A stretch of DNA of 34,622 nucleotides from Opitutus sp. GAS368 (GCA_945861645.1 CAMAVZ010000021.1:1-34622); one strand, 5' to 3'. Positions 9,585 through 19,822 are shown, counted from the stretch's first letter. Notes: a model not told the origin generated them from the letters alone. Translations and numbers: made by a program.

Positions 9585-10886
9585 CGCGGCGCGAACGAGG
9601 CGATCATCGCCATCGTTGGGCGCGGGTTGCAGGCCGAGCGCGGCGCAGAGCAGATTATAAACGTGAATATTATCAAAGGCCTTAAGAATTACGCCTTGGC
9701 GGAAAGCGGGTCCTTGCGCCAAAAATAATGCGCCCATATCAGAGGTGGCCGGATCCCAGCCGTGTGATCCGCGAGAATAAGTGCGGCTGCGAAATGACCA
9801 GCCGACACGGCTCTCAATATTCCAATGCTCATCTGCAATCAGCATAATGGGGGGAATCCGGGGGTTGTCGCGGTAATGTAAATTAGCGGGGACTTCTTCA
9901 CGTAAGTAGACTTGGACATGCGCCGGTTTTTTTGCGCGGATGCTCGCTACTAAGTCAGCGGCCGTGCCAGTTTTTGGCCGCACGCCACCGTTGGGCCCGA
10001 GCGACTCTACTTGGACGGTGGTGGTGTCCATCAGATCCTCTAGAAAAATAACCTTATCTGGTCCGCAGTCGGCCATGCCGTGGTCGGCGACAATCACGAG
10101 ATTGGTGGGTTCGCGGATTCCGCGCGCGGTGAGCCCCGCGAGTAATCGGCCAATCGACGCATCGACGGCGGCGACAGCCGCTTGGGTTTCAGGGGCGTCG
10201 GGTCCAAAAGTGTGGCCCGCATGATCGACCATATCAAAATAGAGGGTGCTCACTTGAGGGCGTTGGGCGGCGGGTAAATCGAGCCACGCGAGTAGTCCAT
10301 CGACGCGATCATTGCTCGGCAATTTCCCGTTGAAGGGCTTAAAAAAGCTCGGCCGAAATCCTTGCTGCGTGGTCTCTGAGCCCGGCCAGAAAAAACAAGC
10401 GCTGCGGAGGCCCTGTTTTTCCGCAGTGATCCAGATCGGCTCGCCGCCCCACCAGCGCGGATTAGTGTTACTCTCCGGCTTGCTCATCCCAAAAGTTTCC
10501 CCAAAGGCGGGATCAAAAAACCAATTGGAAACAATGCCGTGATGCTCTGGATACAAGCCGGTGACCAAAGAATAGTGATTGGGAAAAGTCTTGGTGGGGA
10601 AAACGGGATTCATCCGCTCCGCCCGCACGCCTTGCGCGGCGAGTTGCTGCAATACGGGAGCCGCGTAGCGCGCCAGGTAGTCCCAGCGAAAGCCATCGAT
10701 CGAGATTAAGATGAGCGGATTGGGCGCTGGCTTTATGCCGCCGGGCTCGAGAGCAGCCGCGGGGAGCACGCCAGCGAGCAGTAAAAAAAGCGAAGCCGCC
10801 AAGCCCCGTTGTCGATACCCCCTCCGCCTCGTGGCTGCAGGCAGTAAATGGACGATGCTTGAAAAATAATTAGGCCCAGACTTCAT
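9573..10886 (-). CDS. Exported nucleotide pyrophosphatase/phosphodiesterase (alkaline phosphatase superfamily)
   Basis: [11 protein letters not shown], catalytic-Thr motif [39 protein letters not shown]; hydrophobic signal-like N-terminus. Start codon uncertain. Confidence 0.92.
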   Translation of the reverse strand: MKSGPNYFSSIVHLLPAATRRRGYRQRGLAASLFLLLAGVLPAAALEPGGIKPAPNPLILISIDGFRWDYLARYAAPVLQQLAAQGVRAERMNPVFPTKTFPNHYSLVTGLYPEHHGIVSNWFFDPAFGETFGMSKPESNTNPRWWGGEPIWITAEKQGLRSACFFWPGSETTQQGFRPSFFKPFNGKLPSNDRVDGLLAWLDLPAAQRPQVSTLYFDMVDHAGHTFGPDAPETQAAVAAVDASIGRLLAGLTARGIREPTNLVIVADHGMADCGPDKVIFLEDLMDTTTVQVESLGPNGGVRPKTGTAADLVASIRAKKPAHVQVYLREEVPANLHYRDNPRIPPIMLIADEHWNIESRVGWSFRSRTYSRGSHGWDPATSDMGALFLAQGPAFRQGVILKAFDNIHVYNLLCAALGLQPAPNDGDDRLVRAALAK

Positions 10887-10939
10887 GCGGGCAGTGTTGG
10901 TGGGTTGCCTCGCTCCCCGCAATCTGCATTCTGCAGTTT

Positions 10940-11140
10940 ATGAACGATGCTGAGCGATTGACCAAACTCGAGGAACGTTATGCCCATTTGCAGCGGCACA
11001 GCTTGGAACAAGACAAGGTCATGCTTGGGTTAAGCGAGGTGATGGCTAAATTGCAAAAAGACCTCACCGCGCTCCGCGGGCAACGCGGGAGTGGATCCGC
11101 GGGTGATGATTTACCCCCGGAGCGTCCGCCGCACTACTAA
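10940..11140 (+). CDS. slyX: SlyX family protein
   Basis: Short coiled coil (RLTKLEERYAH) ending in the diagnostic ERPPHY. Confidence 0.9.
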   Translation: MNDAERLTKLEERYAHLQRHSLEQDKVMLGLSEVMAKLQKDLTALRGQRGSGSAGDDLPPERPPHY

Positions 11141-12322
11141 TCAAAACAGCGCAGTGACCTCGACGTGCTTGCCGGGCTCCAAGGTAACTTCACCGGTGAG
11201 GGCCTCCGTCTCGTCGTTCTTATAGAGCTTGCACGTGATCGTCGCGGTCGCGTCGTTCGTCGACCAGCCCCACTTGCCAATAGAAACAAATTGCATCGGA
11301 GCGCCTTGGTCCCAGCTCAGGCCTGGACCTTCGCCGCGAATGAAAAGCTTGTTGCCGATGCCGATGTAGGCGGTGGCGAGCAAGCGAGTCGCGCCATCGG
11401 ACGAAGAGGCGGATTCGGCGGGCTCACGGTTCATCGTCTCAGTCGGGGCGGCTGATTCCTCACGGCCGAGCGATTCAGGGGAAATTTCGGTTCGCGATAA
11501 TTCCGATCCAGAATTTTCGCTGAGCTCAGCGATTGCTTCCGTCTTGGGTTTGCGCGGAGCGCGGGGCTTCTTGAGCTTAGGTTCGACGTCCTCCGGTGCC
11601 GCCAGCGGGGCACTGGCGTCCACCGGCGGCGTGACTAATTCGGTGGGGGCAGCGCTAATTGGCGCGGGACTCGGGGGGATGCTCTCGTGCGCCGACGCGC
11701 TGGGAGTTTCTGTTTTGCGGTGAGTAGCAGTACCTGCGGCGTGGAGGTGGGCTAGGGCGGCTTCGGCCGCGGCTAAATGTTTGCGACTGTTGGTTTCAAG
11801 CTTGGTCCAATCAGCGACCGCGAGATGAATTTTATCGGCGACGACTTTAAGTTGGGCGCTGTTGGCCGCGCGTAATTCCACCAACTCTTGCTCGAGGGCT
11901 TCGCGGTCATCATCTTCTTTACCGGCGAGGGCTTCGTTAAATTCCGCGAGCTTTTCTTGCATGCGGTACGGTAAGTTTTCCGCGGTGTGGGCGGCTTTGT
12001 GGACTGCCTCCTCGACGGCTTTGATTTGGGCCGCCGCGCGGGCGAGACTTTCGCCGGCAGCGTGTAAACGCTGGACTTGCTCGCTGACGCGTTCGCGTTC
12101 GGCTTGGACGTATTCGGCGGAGTCCGCCGAGAAATCGATGAGAAACGGAATGAGGCCTACGATGGCCGCCACGACCACACAGAGCACGGCGCTCACGAAG
12201 GGCAGTGGCGCGTAGGGATTCTTGGTATTAAAATAAACAATCAAAAAAGCCGTTAACAAAAGGACGGCATCAATGATCAGAAAGATCGATTTGGAGAGGC
12301 GCGGAGCAGGTTCGAGATTCAT
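11141..12322 (-). CDS. Hypothetical membrane-anchored protein: 2 TM, coiled coil, Pro/Ala/Lys-rich linker, small C-terminal beta domain
   Basis: 393-aa ORF with two hydrophobic N-terminal helices, a heptad-rich middle and C-terminal GIGNKLFIRGEGPGLSWDQG...GKW. Confidence 0.8.
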   Translation of the reverse strand: MNLEPAPRLSKSIFLIIDAVLLLTAFLIVYFNTKNPYAPLPFVSAVLCVVVAAIVGLIPFLIDFSADSAEYVQAERERVSEQVQRLHAAGESLARAAAQIKAVEEAVHKAAHTAENLPYRMQEKLAEFNEALAGKEDDDREALEQELVELRAANSAQLKVVADKIHLAVADWTKLETNSRKHLAAAEAALAHLHAAGTATHRKTETPSASAHESIPPSPAPISAAPTELVTPPVDASAPLAAPEDVEPKLKKPRAPRKPKTEAIAELSENSGSELSRTEISPESLGREESAAPTETMNREPAESASSSDGATRLLATAYIGIGNKLFIRGEGPGLSWDQGAPMQFVSIGKWGWSTNDATATITCKLYKNDETEALTGEVTLEPGKHVEVTALF

Positions 12323-12404
12323 GGGTGATTAGCTCGCTGGCTGTTTTCGCTCGGTAGGGGCGGTTTCTCAAGGCTAAACCAAGGCGGTCAAGGCGAGCGG
12401 AGTT

Positions 12405-12779
12405 TTAAATCATCAGCTGCCGCCACGCCATGCCGAGCAGGGAGAGAAGCATGCCAATCCGAATGGCGCCCTCGAAAGTCAGAATCACGAGAATCCACTT
12501 AAGCCCGCACGTACTACGTAAAGCGTAGCCGAGGCCGCTGACCAGCATTAGAATGATGCCCTGCGCTCGACCGACCGAGTGTAAAAGCAGCGTTGGCATC
12601 CAGAGAAAGTACCCAATTAGCCCGCTCGCCCACAGCGTCGCGGTCCAGTTGGCCATGGGCAATTCGCGCGGGTCGGCATTAACGCGGATCTGCTTAAGGC
12701 CCAAATAGCGTTCGCTCAGGAACAGTTGCCAGAGTTCAAGGCCCAAGAAAATTGGGGCGAGCAGAACGAGCGGATTCAT
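12405..12779 (-). CDS. Hypothetical small integral membrane protein (about 4 TM)
   Basis: 124-aa hydrophobic ORF starting 19 nt after the AKR stop on the same strand. Confidence 0.75.
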   Translation of the reverse strand: MNPLVLLAPIFLGLELWQLFLSERYLGLKQIRVNADPRELPMANWTATLWASGLIGYFLWMPTLLLHSVGRAQGIILMLVSGLGYALRSTCGLKWILVILTFEGAIRIGMLLSLLGMAWRQLMI

Positions 12780-12798
12780 GGGCCGCAGTACGGATCAA

Positions 12799-13788
12799 TT
12801 ATTTGCCGCCGTACCAGACGCCCCGGCGCCAGTTGTGGCGGTGTAATTGCTGGAGCAGGGCGGGCGGCATGGCCGGCAGATCGCTGACGCCGCAGTTGGC
12901 GTCAGCTTGCGCAACCGTGCGAATGCCGGGAATGACGGTCGAGACCGCCGGATGAGCCAGCACAAATTTTAAAGCTGCCTGCGGCAGCGAGTAGCCGCTG
13001 TCCGCGAGCTCTAATTTAATCGCCTCGGTGTGGGCGACGGCTCGCTCCATCCGATCGCCGGCAAAATAATGGGTGCGAAAATCGTCCGCGGCGAACTTAG
13101 TTTCCGCGGTGAACTTCCCGGTGAGCACGCCCTCATCGAAAGCCACGCGTACGATAATGCCGACGCCGTATTCTTGGGCGACGTTCAGCAATTCCGCGGC
13201 GGGCTCCTGATCAAAGATATTATAAATTACTTGTACGCTATCGACCCAGCCCCCGCGCATGAGATCGATCACGCTATTTTGATCAAATTCCGGCGTGGAA
13301 ACACCGACGAGGCCGATCAGGCCTTCGTGTTGTAGTTGGCGAAGAATTTTGAAAGGGGTGGGATGGCGATTCCAAGCGCGAGTCCAGGTGTGCAGCTGGA
13401 GCAAATCGAGGCGATCTGCGCCGAGCGTGGCGAGGCGGGTGGCGATATTCTCGCGGAGATAGTCCTCCGCGTAACGCACTTCCGCGCGACAGTAAGGGGA
13501 GGGCGGCCAGATGCCGGGCGCGGGCGGGGTCTTGGTGGCGACGAACACATTTTCTTTTTTTCCCGCGGCCGCCCGCTCGCGTAGTACTTGGCCAATTAAG
13601 CGTTCGCTGCGGCCGTTGCCGTACCCGGCGGCGGTATCAATAAAATTAACCCCCAGATCGAGCGCGCGGTGTAGGGCGGCGAGTGAGTCGCTGTCCGCTT
13701 GGGCGCCCCACGCGCCCCCGATGGCCCACGCGCCGAAGCCAATTTCTGAACAGCGGAAGTTTTGTTTACCGAAGGGACGATATTGCAT
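12799..13788 (-). CDS. Aldo/keto reductase
   Basis: IGFGAWAIGG, FIDTAAGYG (catalytic Asp/Tyr), VATK, DLLQLH, QVIYNIF, STVIPG. Start at ATG 13788 (MQYRPFG). Confidence 0.93.
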   Translation of the reverse strand: MQYRPFGKQNFRCSEIGFGAWAIGGAWGAQADSDSLAALHRALDLGVNFIDTAAGYGNGRSERLIGQVLRERAAAGKKENVFVATKTPPAPGIWPPSPYCRAEVRYAEDYLRENIATRLATLGADRLDLLQLHTWTRAWNRHPTPFKILRQLQHEGLIGLVGVSTPEFDQNSVIDLMRGGWVDSVQVIYNIFDQEPAAELLNVAQEYGVGIIVRVAFDEGVLTGKFTAETKFAADDFRTHYFAGDRMERAVAHTEAIKLELADSGYSLPQAALKFVLAHPAVSTVIPGIRTVAQADANCGVSDLPAMPPALLQQLHRHNWRRGVWYGGK

Positions 13789-13801
13789 GGGTGAAAATTG
13801 G

Positions 13802-15568
13802 TCAGTAGCCGATCGCCTTGCTGTCCGCTTTGCGGGGATCGGCCGCACCGTATCTTAAGCCAGTTTTAGGATCTATCGCGATACTCTCACCATCGCCTTG
13901 ATAGCCGCCTTCATAAGAGGCGCGCTCTTTGATGGTTTGGCCTTTCGCTTTGAGCGCCACCGCAGTGTCAGCGCTGAGGCCCTGATGTTCGAATGAGATG
14001 AAGTCAGGCATCCATTGTTGGTGGATGCGGGGAGCTTCGACTGCTTGCGCGACCGCCATGTTAAAATCGATGACGTTGGTGATGATTTGGAAGACGGTAT
14101 TAATAATGGCGGGACCACCGGGGCTGCCGGTGACGAGCACGAGGGCGCCATTTTTGAAAACGAAGGTTGGCGTCATGGAAGAGAGGGGACGCTTGCCGGG
14201 GACGATCGCGTTAGCTTCACCTTGAATGAGCCCGAACATATTAGCCGTGCCGACCTGAGCGGTGAAATCATCCATCTCGTTGTTCATTAAAATGCCCGTG
14301 CCTGGAATAGTGACGCCCGAGCCATAGGCGCCATTCAAAGTGTAGGTATTGCTGACGGCATTGCCGGCCGCATCGACGATGGAGAAATGGGTGGTCTCGG
14401 TAGATTCTGCTATTGGGCGGACCATGAATTTACCAAGCCCCGGCTGGATGGCGGTGGCTGGGGTCGCCCGATTGGGGGAGAAGTCTGTCATGCGGCCTTT
14501 GATATAAGCCGGATCGAGGAGTTGGCTGACAGGAATTTGGACGAAGGCCGGATCGCCTAAATATTCCGCGCGGTCGCGGAAAGCGCGTTTCATTACTTCC
14601 GCAAAAAGGTGATATTTAGCGGCAGAGTTTGAGCCCATCGCGGCAACGTCAAACGGCTCGATCATCCCCAGCATTTGCAGGATGGCGATACTGCCTGAGC
14701 TGGGTGGCGGCATGAGCACAATCTCGTAGCCGCGATATTTTCCGCGCAGGGGGGTGCGTTCTACGGCTTGATAGTTTTTCAGATCAGCGAGGGTGATATT
14801 CCCACCGTGGGCGGACATTGCGGCGGCAATTTTTTGGGCAGTCTCACCCTCATAAAATTCGCGTGGGCCATTTTTTTGCAGGCGAGCCATGGTAGCACCG
14901 AGATCGGCTTGCACCCAGTGTTCGCCGGCTTTCCAGAAGGCACCTTGCTTCAGGTAAATTTTTTGCGAGTCAGCAAACGGGGCGAGCAACTTAGCAAAAG
15001 TACGGAAGGAGGCGGCGTTCGCTTGCGACACGATGTGACCTTCGGCGGCCAGTCGGCGAGCGGGTTCGACTACCTGGGCCCAAGTGACTTTGCCGGAGCC
15101 GTATTTCTGCATTGCCAAAGCGAAGCCAGCGACGGAGCCGGGCACGCCGCTCGCTTGCCAACCCACGGTGGATGAACCCGCGCCTTGGCGTAACTTACCA
15201 TCTTGACCGACATACATGTCGCGAGTGGCGCTCGCTGGTGCGGTCTCGCGATAATCAATCGCGATATCGCGGCCCGTTTCTGGGGTAGCGCCCGCTAAAT
15301 GAATCATCATGAAGCCACCGCCGCCAATGTTGCCGGCAAAAGGATAGACCACCGTCAGCGCGAGGCCGGTGGCGACGGCTGCATCGACCGCATTGCCCCC
15401 TTGCTGTAAAATTTCTACGCCCGCCTGCGAAGCGAGTTCGTGCACGGAAACTACCATGCCGTGTTCAGCTTCAATGGCGGCTCGTTGGGCCGCTAGCGGT
15501 AGAGGCGTGGTCAGTAATGCTAACGCGGCCATTAACGGCGCAGTAATTAAACGGTGGGTAGTGAGCAT
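13802..15568 (-). CDS. ggt: Gamma-glutamyltranspeptidase with Sec signal peptide
   Basis: GGNAVDAAVA, GNIGGGGF, DYRETAP, autocleavage site E|TTHFSIVD, NNEMDDF, PLSSM, GSPGG, AADPR. Signal-like MLTTHRLITAPLMAALALL. Confidence 0.95.
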   Translation of the reverse strand: MLTTHRLITAPLMAALALLTTPLPLAAQRAAIEAEHGMVVSVHELASQAGVEILQQGGNAVDAAVATGLALTVVYPFAGNIGGGGFMMIHLAGATPETGRDIAIDYRETAPASATRDMYVGQDGKLRQGAGSSTVGWQASGVPGSVAGFALAMQKYGSGKVTWAQVVEPARRLAAEGHIVSQANAASFRTFAKLLAPFADSQKIYLKQGAFWKAGEHWVQADLGATMARLQKNGPREFYEGETAQKIAAAMSAHGGNITLADLKNYQAVERTPLRGKYRGYEIVLMPPPSSGSIAILQMLGMIEPFDVAAMGSNSAAKYHLFAEVMKRAFRDRAEYLGDPAFVQIPVSQLLDPAYIKGRMTDFSPNRATPATAIQPGLGKFMVRPIAESTETTHFSIVDAAGNAVSNTYTLNGAYGSGVTIPGTGILMNNEMDDFTAQVGTANMFGLIQGEANAIVPGKRPLSSMTPTFVFKNGALVLVTGSPGGPAIINTVFQIITNVIDFNMAVAQAVEAPRIHQQWMPDFISFEHQGLSADTAVALKAKGQTIKERASYEGGYQGDGESIAIDPKTGLRYGAADPRKADSKAIGY

Positions 15569-15947
15569 GGGAAAGGCTTTCTCTGATGTCGCAGTGCCTC
15601 GAGACGTCAATCCTTGGGTGAGCTCTGCCGCGTCTCCGGCCGTTTTTGTTGATGCCAGCCGTCAGGTCTTAGGAAATACTCTTATTTTATGCCCAAGCAG
15701 TTTTTTTAGATTATCTCATTCAAAAAGCTTGCCTCCGGCGGGAAAGGATAAAGTTTTTATCTTGTTTTCTTTACTATATTACTAATGTATATCTAAGCTT
15801 TAACTCATCCAGGCTATTTTTTATAAAAAACTTCCGCAGTCTCGCCGGCTTTATAACGGGGGAATCAGCAGTTGTGATTGGCGCAATGATCAATACATTT
15901 AGTTCAGGTTTGAGTATTAAAAACTCAAAATAATCTAACACACACCT

Positions 15948-18629
15948 ATGAATAATCAGAACCAAGTATCATCGATCTCGTATGCTACGGGATCCCGGCG
16001 AATCGGCTCAGTCGCTCTTTTCGCCTTTTTAATGTTAGCGGTTAATTCACCTGTCTTCGGGCAAACCGTCGCCCCGGAAGCAGCGAAGAAGAATGATACC
16101 ATTCAGTTGGAAAAATTCGTCACGACCGGGTCACGTTTCAATGACCGTTCGGTGACGCAATCCCCGGTCCCGATCGACGTCATCAGTGGCACCGAGCTCA
16201 AGCAGGGCGGCTACAATGAAACGAGCCAAATGCTGCAAGCGAACATTCCTTCGTTCAACTTCCCGCGTCCATCGTTGACGGATGGTACCGACCATATTCG
16301 CCCTGCCACGCTACGTGGATTGGCGCCGGACCAGACCCTCGTGCTCATCAATGGCAAACGCCGCCACACCAGTGCGCTCGTCAACCTCAACGGTTCAATT
16401 GGGCGCGGTTCAGTCTCGACCGACTTTAACGCTATTCCGGCGGCGATGATCGAGCGCATCGAAGTGTTGCGTGATGGGGCCTCGGCTCAATACGGCTCCG
16501 ACGCTATTGCTGGCGTGATCAATGTTATCTTGCGCAAGGATGCTGGTTGGGGCATGACCCTTGGTTACGGCGTTACGGGCGCTGGTGATGGCGAGGACTA
16601 CAAACTTGACGCCTTTACCGGGGTAGCCTTGGGCGACAAGGGTTCGCTCTTCGTGGATATTTATCTGCGCGATCACGCGCCGACCAATCGGAGCTTGGCC
16701 GATACGCGCCAGCAATATTTTGGCACCAGTACCACCACTGGCTTGCCGGTTGCGATGTCCGGTAATTATGGCTCGGGCACGGGTCTCAGCCCAGCGAACG
16801 GCACGCTCGATCCGCGTGAGGCGACGGTTAATCGCATCAACCACCGTTTTGGTGACCCGATGACGAAGGACCAAGGCCTTTGGCTCAATGGTGATTATCC
16901 GCTAGCGGAAAATCTTGATCTTTATTTCAACGGTGGCACTAGCACTCGTCACGCGAATGGCGCGGGCTTTGCGCGTCGCGCCGGCGACGATCGCACGGTT
17001 CGGAGCATTTGGCCTAATGGTTTTCTGCCGTACATCGATAGCGTCGTAAAAGATTTCTCTTTTAGCACTGGCGTTAAAGGCAAGGCGTCCAATTGGAATT
17101 ACGACCTGAGCACCATCGCCGGGACCAATACGCTTGATTATCGCACCTCTAACTCCGCCAACGTCACGTTGGGCGGCGCGAGCGGTACCGCCTTCTACGA
17201 TGGCCAGCTGAAATTTGCCCAAATGGGAGCCAACCTAGATCTCACGACTTCATTTAATACGGGTTTTGCCACGCCGCTTAAATTCGCGGTCGGCGCGGAA
17301 GTTCGCGCGGAAAGATACACCATCAAAGCTGGTGAAGCTGATTCCTACCGCAATGGTGGCGTCACTATTATTGGTGGGCCCAGCAACGGTGGCCTCGCCG
17401 CGGTCGGGGCCCAGGTGTTCCCGGGCTTCAAGCCTTCAGATGCCGGCTCCCACAACCGCCGCGCTAAGTCGGTCTATCTCGACCTCGAGCAAAATCTGAC
17501 GGATCGCTGGTTGGTTTCCCTCGCGGCTCGCTTCGAGGACTATACGGACTTCGGCAATAACAGCACGGTCAAGCTCGCCTCCCGCGTAGAGCTGACCAAT
17601 GAATTCGCACTGCGCGGCTCGGTCAGCACGGGCTTCCGCGCGCCGCACTTAGCGCAACAATGGTTCAGCGCCACGTCCACTAATTTTATCGGTGGCATCC
17701 CTTACGATATTCTCACCTTCCCCGTCAGTAATGCGGCGGCCAAAGCTTTAGGCGCCTCCAGCTTGAAGCCCGAGGAATCGACCAATATCAGCGGCGGGAT
17801 CACCTGGAATTCAAAGAAATCCGGTTTCTCTGCCTCCGTGGATATCTACAATATCGAGATCAAGGATCGCATCGTGCTATCCTCTAACTTCACCGGCGCT
17901 CCGATCATCGCGTTGCTCGCAACGCAGGGCATCACGGGCGTGGGCGGCGGTCGCTACTTCACCAACGCAATTGATACTACCACCAAGGGGGTTGATGTGA
18001 GTGGTCGTTACGTCCTGACCACCAGCACATCGGGTAAATTCACCTTCACCGGTGGCTTTAATCACAACACGACGAAGGCCAACCGGATCAAGCAGGCTCC
18101 GGCTAATCTCGCCGCGATCACCACCACGCCGCTTTTTGATCTCACCGAAACCATCCGCCTCGAAAAGGGTCAACCGCGCGATAATATTAATCTCTCGGCC
18201 GGCTGGGAATACGGTAAATTCTCTTTCTTGGCCCGCCAAGTGCGCTACGGCGAAGTTTCAGCGGTCACTTTTACCAGCGCCACTCAAGCCAATATCGATG
18301 TGCTGACTCCCGGTTATAATGTCGAGTTCGCCGCCGCTGTCCCTGGTTCCGTGGGTGGCACGACCACTAATAAACAAGTCATCCAAACTTGGGGCGCTAA
18401 GTGGCTCACTGACCTTGATGTGACTTATCATTACACAAAGAACATCATGATCTCCGTTGGCGCGAATAACCTCCTCGACGTCTATCCTGACGAGAATATC
18501 CGTTCGAAGGTTTTCAATGGCGCGGCCTATGGCGGCACGGACAACGCGGGTATCTTCCCTTATAACAGTATTTCACCGTTCGGCTTTAACGGCGTGTTTT
18601 ATTACACCAAGCTGAGCCTGAAGTTCTAA
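15948..18629 (+). CDS. TonB-dependent outer-membrane receptor (TBDR1)
   Basis: Signal peptide, TonB-box-like IQLEKFVTTGSR, plug motifs LRGLAPDQTLVLINGKR and IERIEVLRDGASAQYGSDAIAGVINVIL, C-terminal aromatic residue (KLSLKF). Confidence 0.95.
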   Translation: MNNQNQVSSISYATGSRRIGSVALFAFLMLAVNSPVFGQTVAPEAAKKNDTIQLEKFVTTGSRFNDRSVTQSPVPIDVISGTELKQGGYNETSQMLQANIPSFNFPRPSLTDGTDHIRPATLRGLAPDQTLVLINGKRRHTSALVNLNGSIGRGSVSTDFNAIPAAMIERIEVLRDGASAQYGSDAIAGVINVILRKDAGWGMTLGYGVTGAGDGEDYKLDAFTGVALGDKGSLFVDIYLRDHAPTNRSLADTRQQYFGTSTTTGLPVAMSGNYGSGTGLSPANGTLDPREATVNRINHRFGDPMTKDQGLWLNGDYPLAENLDLYFNGGTSTRHANGAGFARRAGDDRTVRSIWPNGFLPYIDSVVKDFSFSTGVKGKASNWNYDLSTIAGTNTLDYRTSNSANVTLGGASGTAFYDGQLKFAQMGANLDLTTSFNTGFATPLKFAVGAEVRAERYTIKAGEADSYRNGGVTIIGGPSNGGLAAVGAQVFPGFKPSDAGSHNRRAKSVYLDLEQNLTDRWLVSLAARFEDYTDFGNNSTVKLASRVELTNEFALRGSVSTGFRAPHLAQQWFSATSTNFIGGIPYDILTFPVSNAAAKALGASSLKPEESTNISGGITWNSKKSGFSASVDIYNIEIKDRIVLSSNFTGAPIIALLATQGITGVGGGRYFTNAIDTTTKGVDVSGRYVLTTSTSGKFTFTGGFNHNTTKANRIKQAPANLAAITTTPLFDLTETIRLEKGQPRDNINLSAGWEYGKFSFLARQVRYGEVSAVTFTSATQANIDVLTPGYNVEFAAAVPGSVGGTTTNKQVIQTWGAKWLTDLDVTYHYTKNIMISVGANNLLDVYPDENIRSKVFNGAAYGGTDNAGIFPYNSISPFGFNGVFYYTKLSLKF

Positions 18630-18655
18630 GACCTCATCTTGGTTTAGTTTTCATT

Positions 18656-18685
18656 AGGCGCGGGCGATATGCCTGCGCCTTTTTT
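18656..18685 (+). terminator. Rho-independent terminator after TBDR1
   Basis: AGGCGCGGGC-GATAT-GCCTGCGCCT stem-loop followed by TTTTT. Confidence 0.85.
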
Positions 18686-18789
18686 ATGCGCAGATGACAG
18701 CGCTTGGCTTGGTGGTCCAATGGGCATCGATGAAATATCACGCCATTGCTGCTTGAAGCAGTCCGTAGACTGGGGCGCACTGTCATTTC

Positions 18790-19815
18790 ATGGAATCGCA
18801 CGCGGTGGTCTTCACCGGCCCCCATCAAGTCGCTTACCAGGAAATTACCTCCCCTGAACCGGGGCTCGAGGATGTGGTGGTCGATGTGCATCATTCATGG
18901 ATTAGCAACGGGACGGAGGGCTCGTTCCTCCGCGGCGAGCGAATTTCTGGCGATGTTGCTTGGCGGCTGGGCGATCCCGCGCCTTTTCCCCTGATTGCCG
19001 GTTATCAAAAAGTTGGTCGAGTACGGCAGGTCGGGGCCGACGTGCAGCGTTTTGCCCCAGGGGATTGGGTGTTCGCCTCGATGAGTAAAGTGTGCGGCAT
19101 GTTTGATAATCAATTTGCCGGACACGTTTCTCCCGCCGTCTGCGCGCAGGGTGCGTTGCTGGCGTTGCCGGCAGGAATTGACCCCTTGGCTTTTGCCGGA
19201 CTCGTGTTGACGCAGGTGGGTTATAATTGTGGCACCCGTTCTCCGATTCAGTCGGGTCAACTGGCCGTCGTCCTCGGCGATGGTCTCGTGGGGCAATGGG
19301 CGGGCCAAACCCTCGCGCAGCTCGGGGCAAAAGTAGTGTTGGTGGGCCGACACCCTGATCGCTTGGCGCGATTTTCTCGTTTTGGGTCCACTGTTTTGAG
19401 TGGCACTGATAACGGTCTGGCCGCCGTCCGCGCCCTCGGCAGTGAGCGAGTGCAAGTGTTGGTGGAAACGGTGGGTAGCGCGCGCGGGCTGCAAGACTAT
19501 CTCCCCGCAATGGCGCGGGGTGGTCATATGGTCATCGCGGGTTTTTATTCCCCAGCGGGCGCCGTCAATTTACAGGAAAGTCTCCAGCAATTTCGTAACG
19601 CCGAAATTTCTTTTGACCTCGCCTCAGGCGCGACGGCCGCACGATTGCAAACGACGCTCGAGTGGATCGCAGACGGTCGGCTTGATTCGCTGGGTTGTTT
19701 GACGCACCGCTTCCCCGTGGAGCGAGCCGCGGAGGCTTGGGCCTTGATCGAGAGTAAGCGCGAAGCCGTCTTGGGGGTCGTGCTGGACTGGCCGGCTTCA
19801 CGCCTTAAGCTCTAA
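18790..19815 (+). CDS. MDR-superfamily dehydrogenase, BchC-like subgroup lacking canonical Zn ligands
   Basis: GroES-like N-domain with ISNGTE and GYQKVG in place of Cys and GHE; Rossmann motif VLGDGLVG; C-terminal THRFP. Confidence 0.85.
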   Translation: MESHAVVFTGPHQVAYQEITSPEPGLEDVVVDVHHSWISNGTEGSFLRGERISGDVAWRLGDPAPFPLIAGYQKVGRVRQVGADVQRFAPGDWVFASMSKVCGMFDNQFAGHVSPAVCAQGALLALPAGIDPLAFAGLVLTQVGYNCGTRSPIQSGQLAVVLGDGLVGQWAGQTLAQLGAKVVLVGRHPDRLARFSRFGSTVLSGTDNGLAAVRALGSERVQVLVETVGSARGLQDYLPAMARGGHMVIAGFYSPAGAVNLQESLQQFRNAEISFDLASGATAARLQTTLEWIADGRLDSLGCLTHRFPVERAAEAWALIESKREAVLGVVLDWPASRLKL

Positions 19816-19822
19816 AGTTTCC

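Noticed and set aside
13802-15568. GGT as a CapD-type poly-gamma-glutamate depolymerase
   Set aside because: It retains canonical GGT substrate motifs and the lid loop, and no cap/pgs genes are present.
18895-19527. Two antisense ORFs of about 200 aa over the first MDR gene
   Set aside because: They fully overlap a well-supported gene and have low-complexity Arg/Pro-rich translations.
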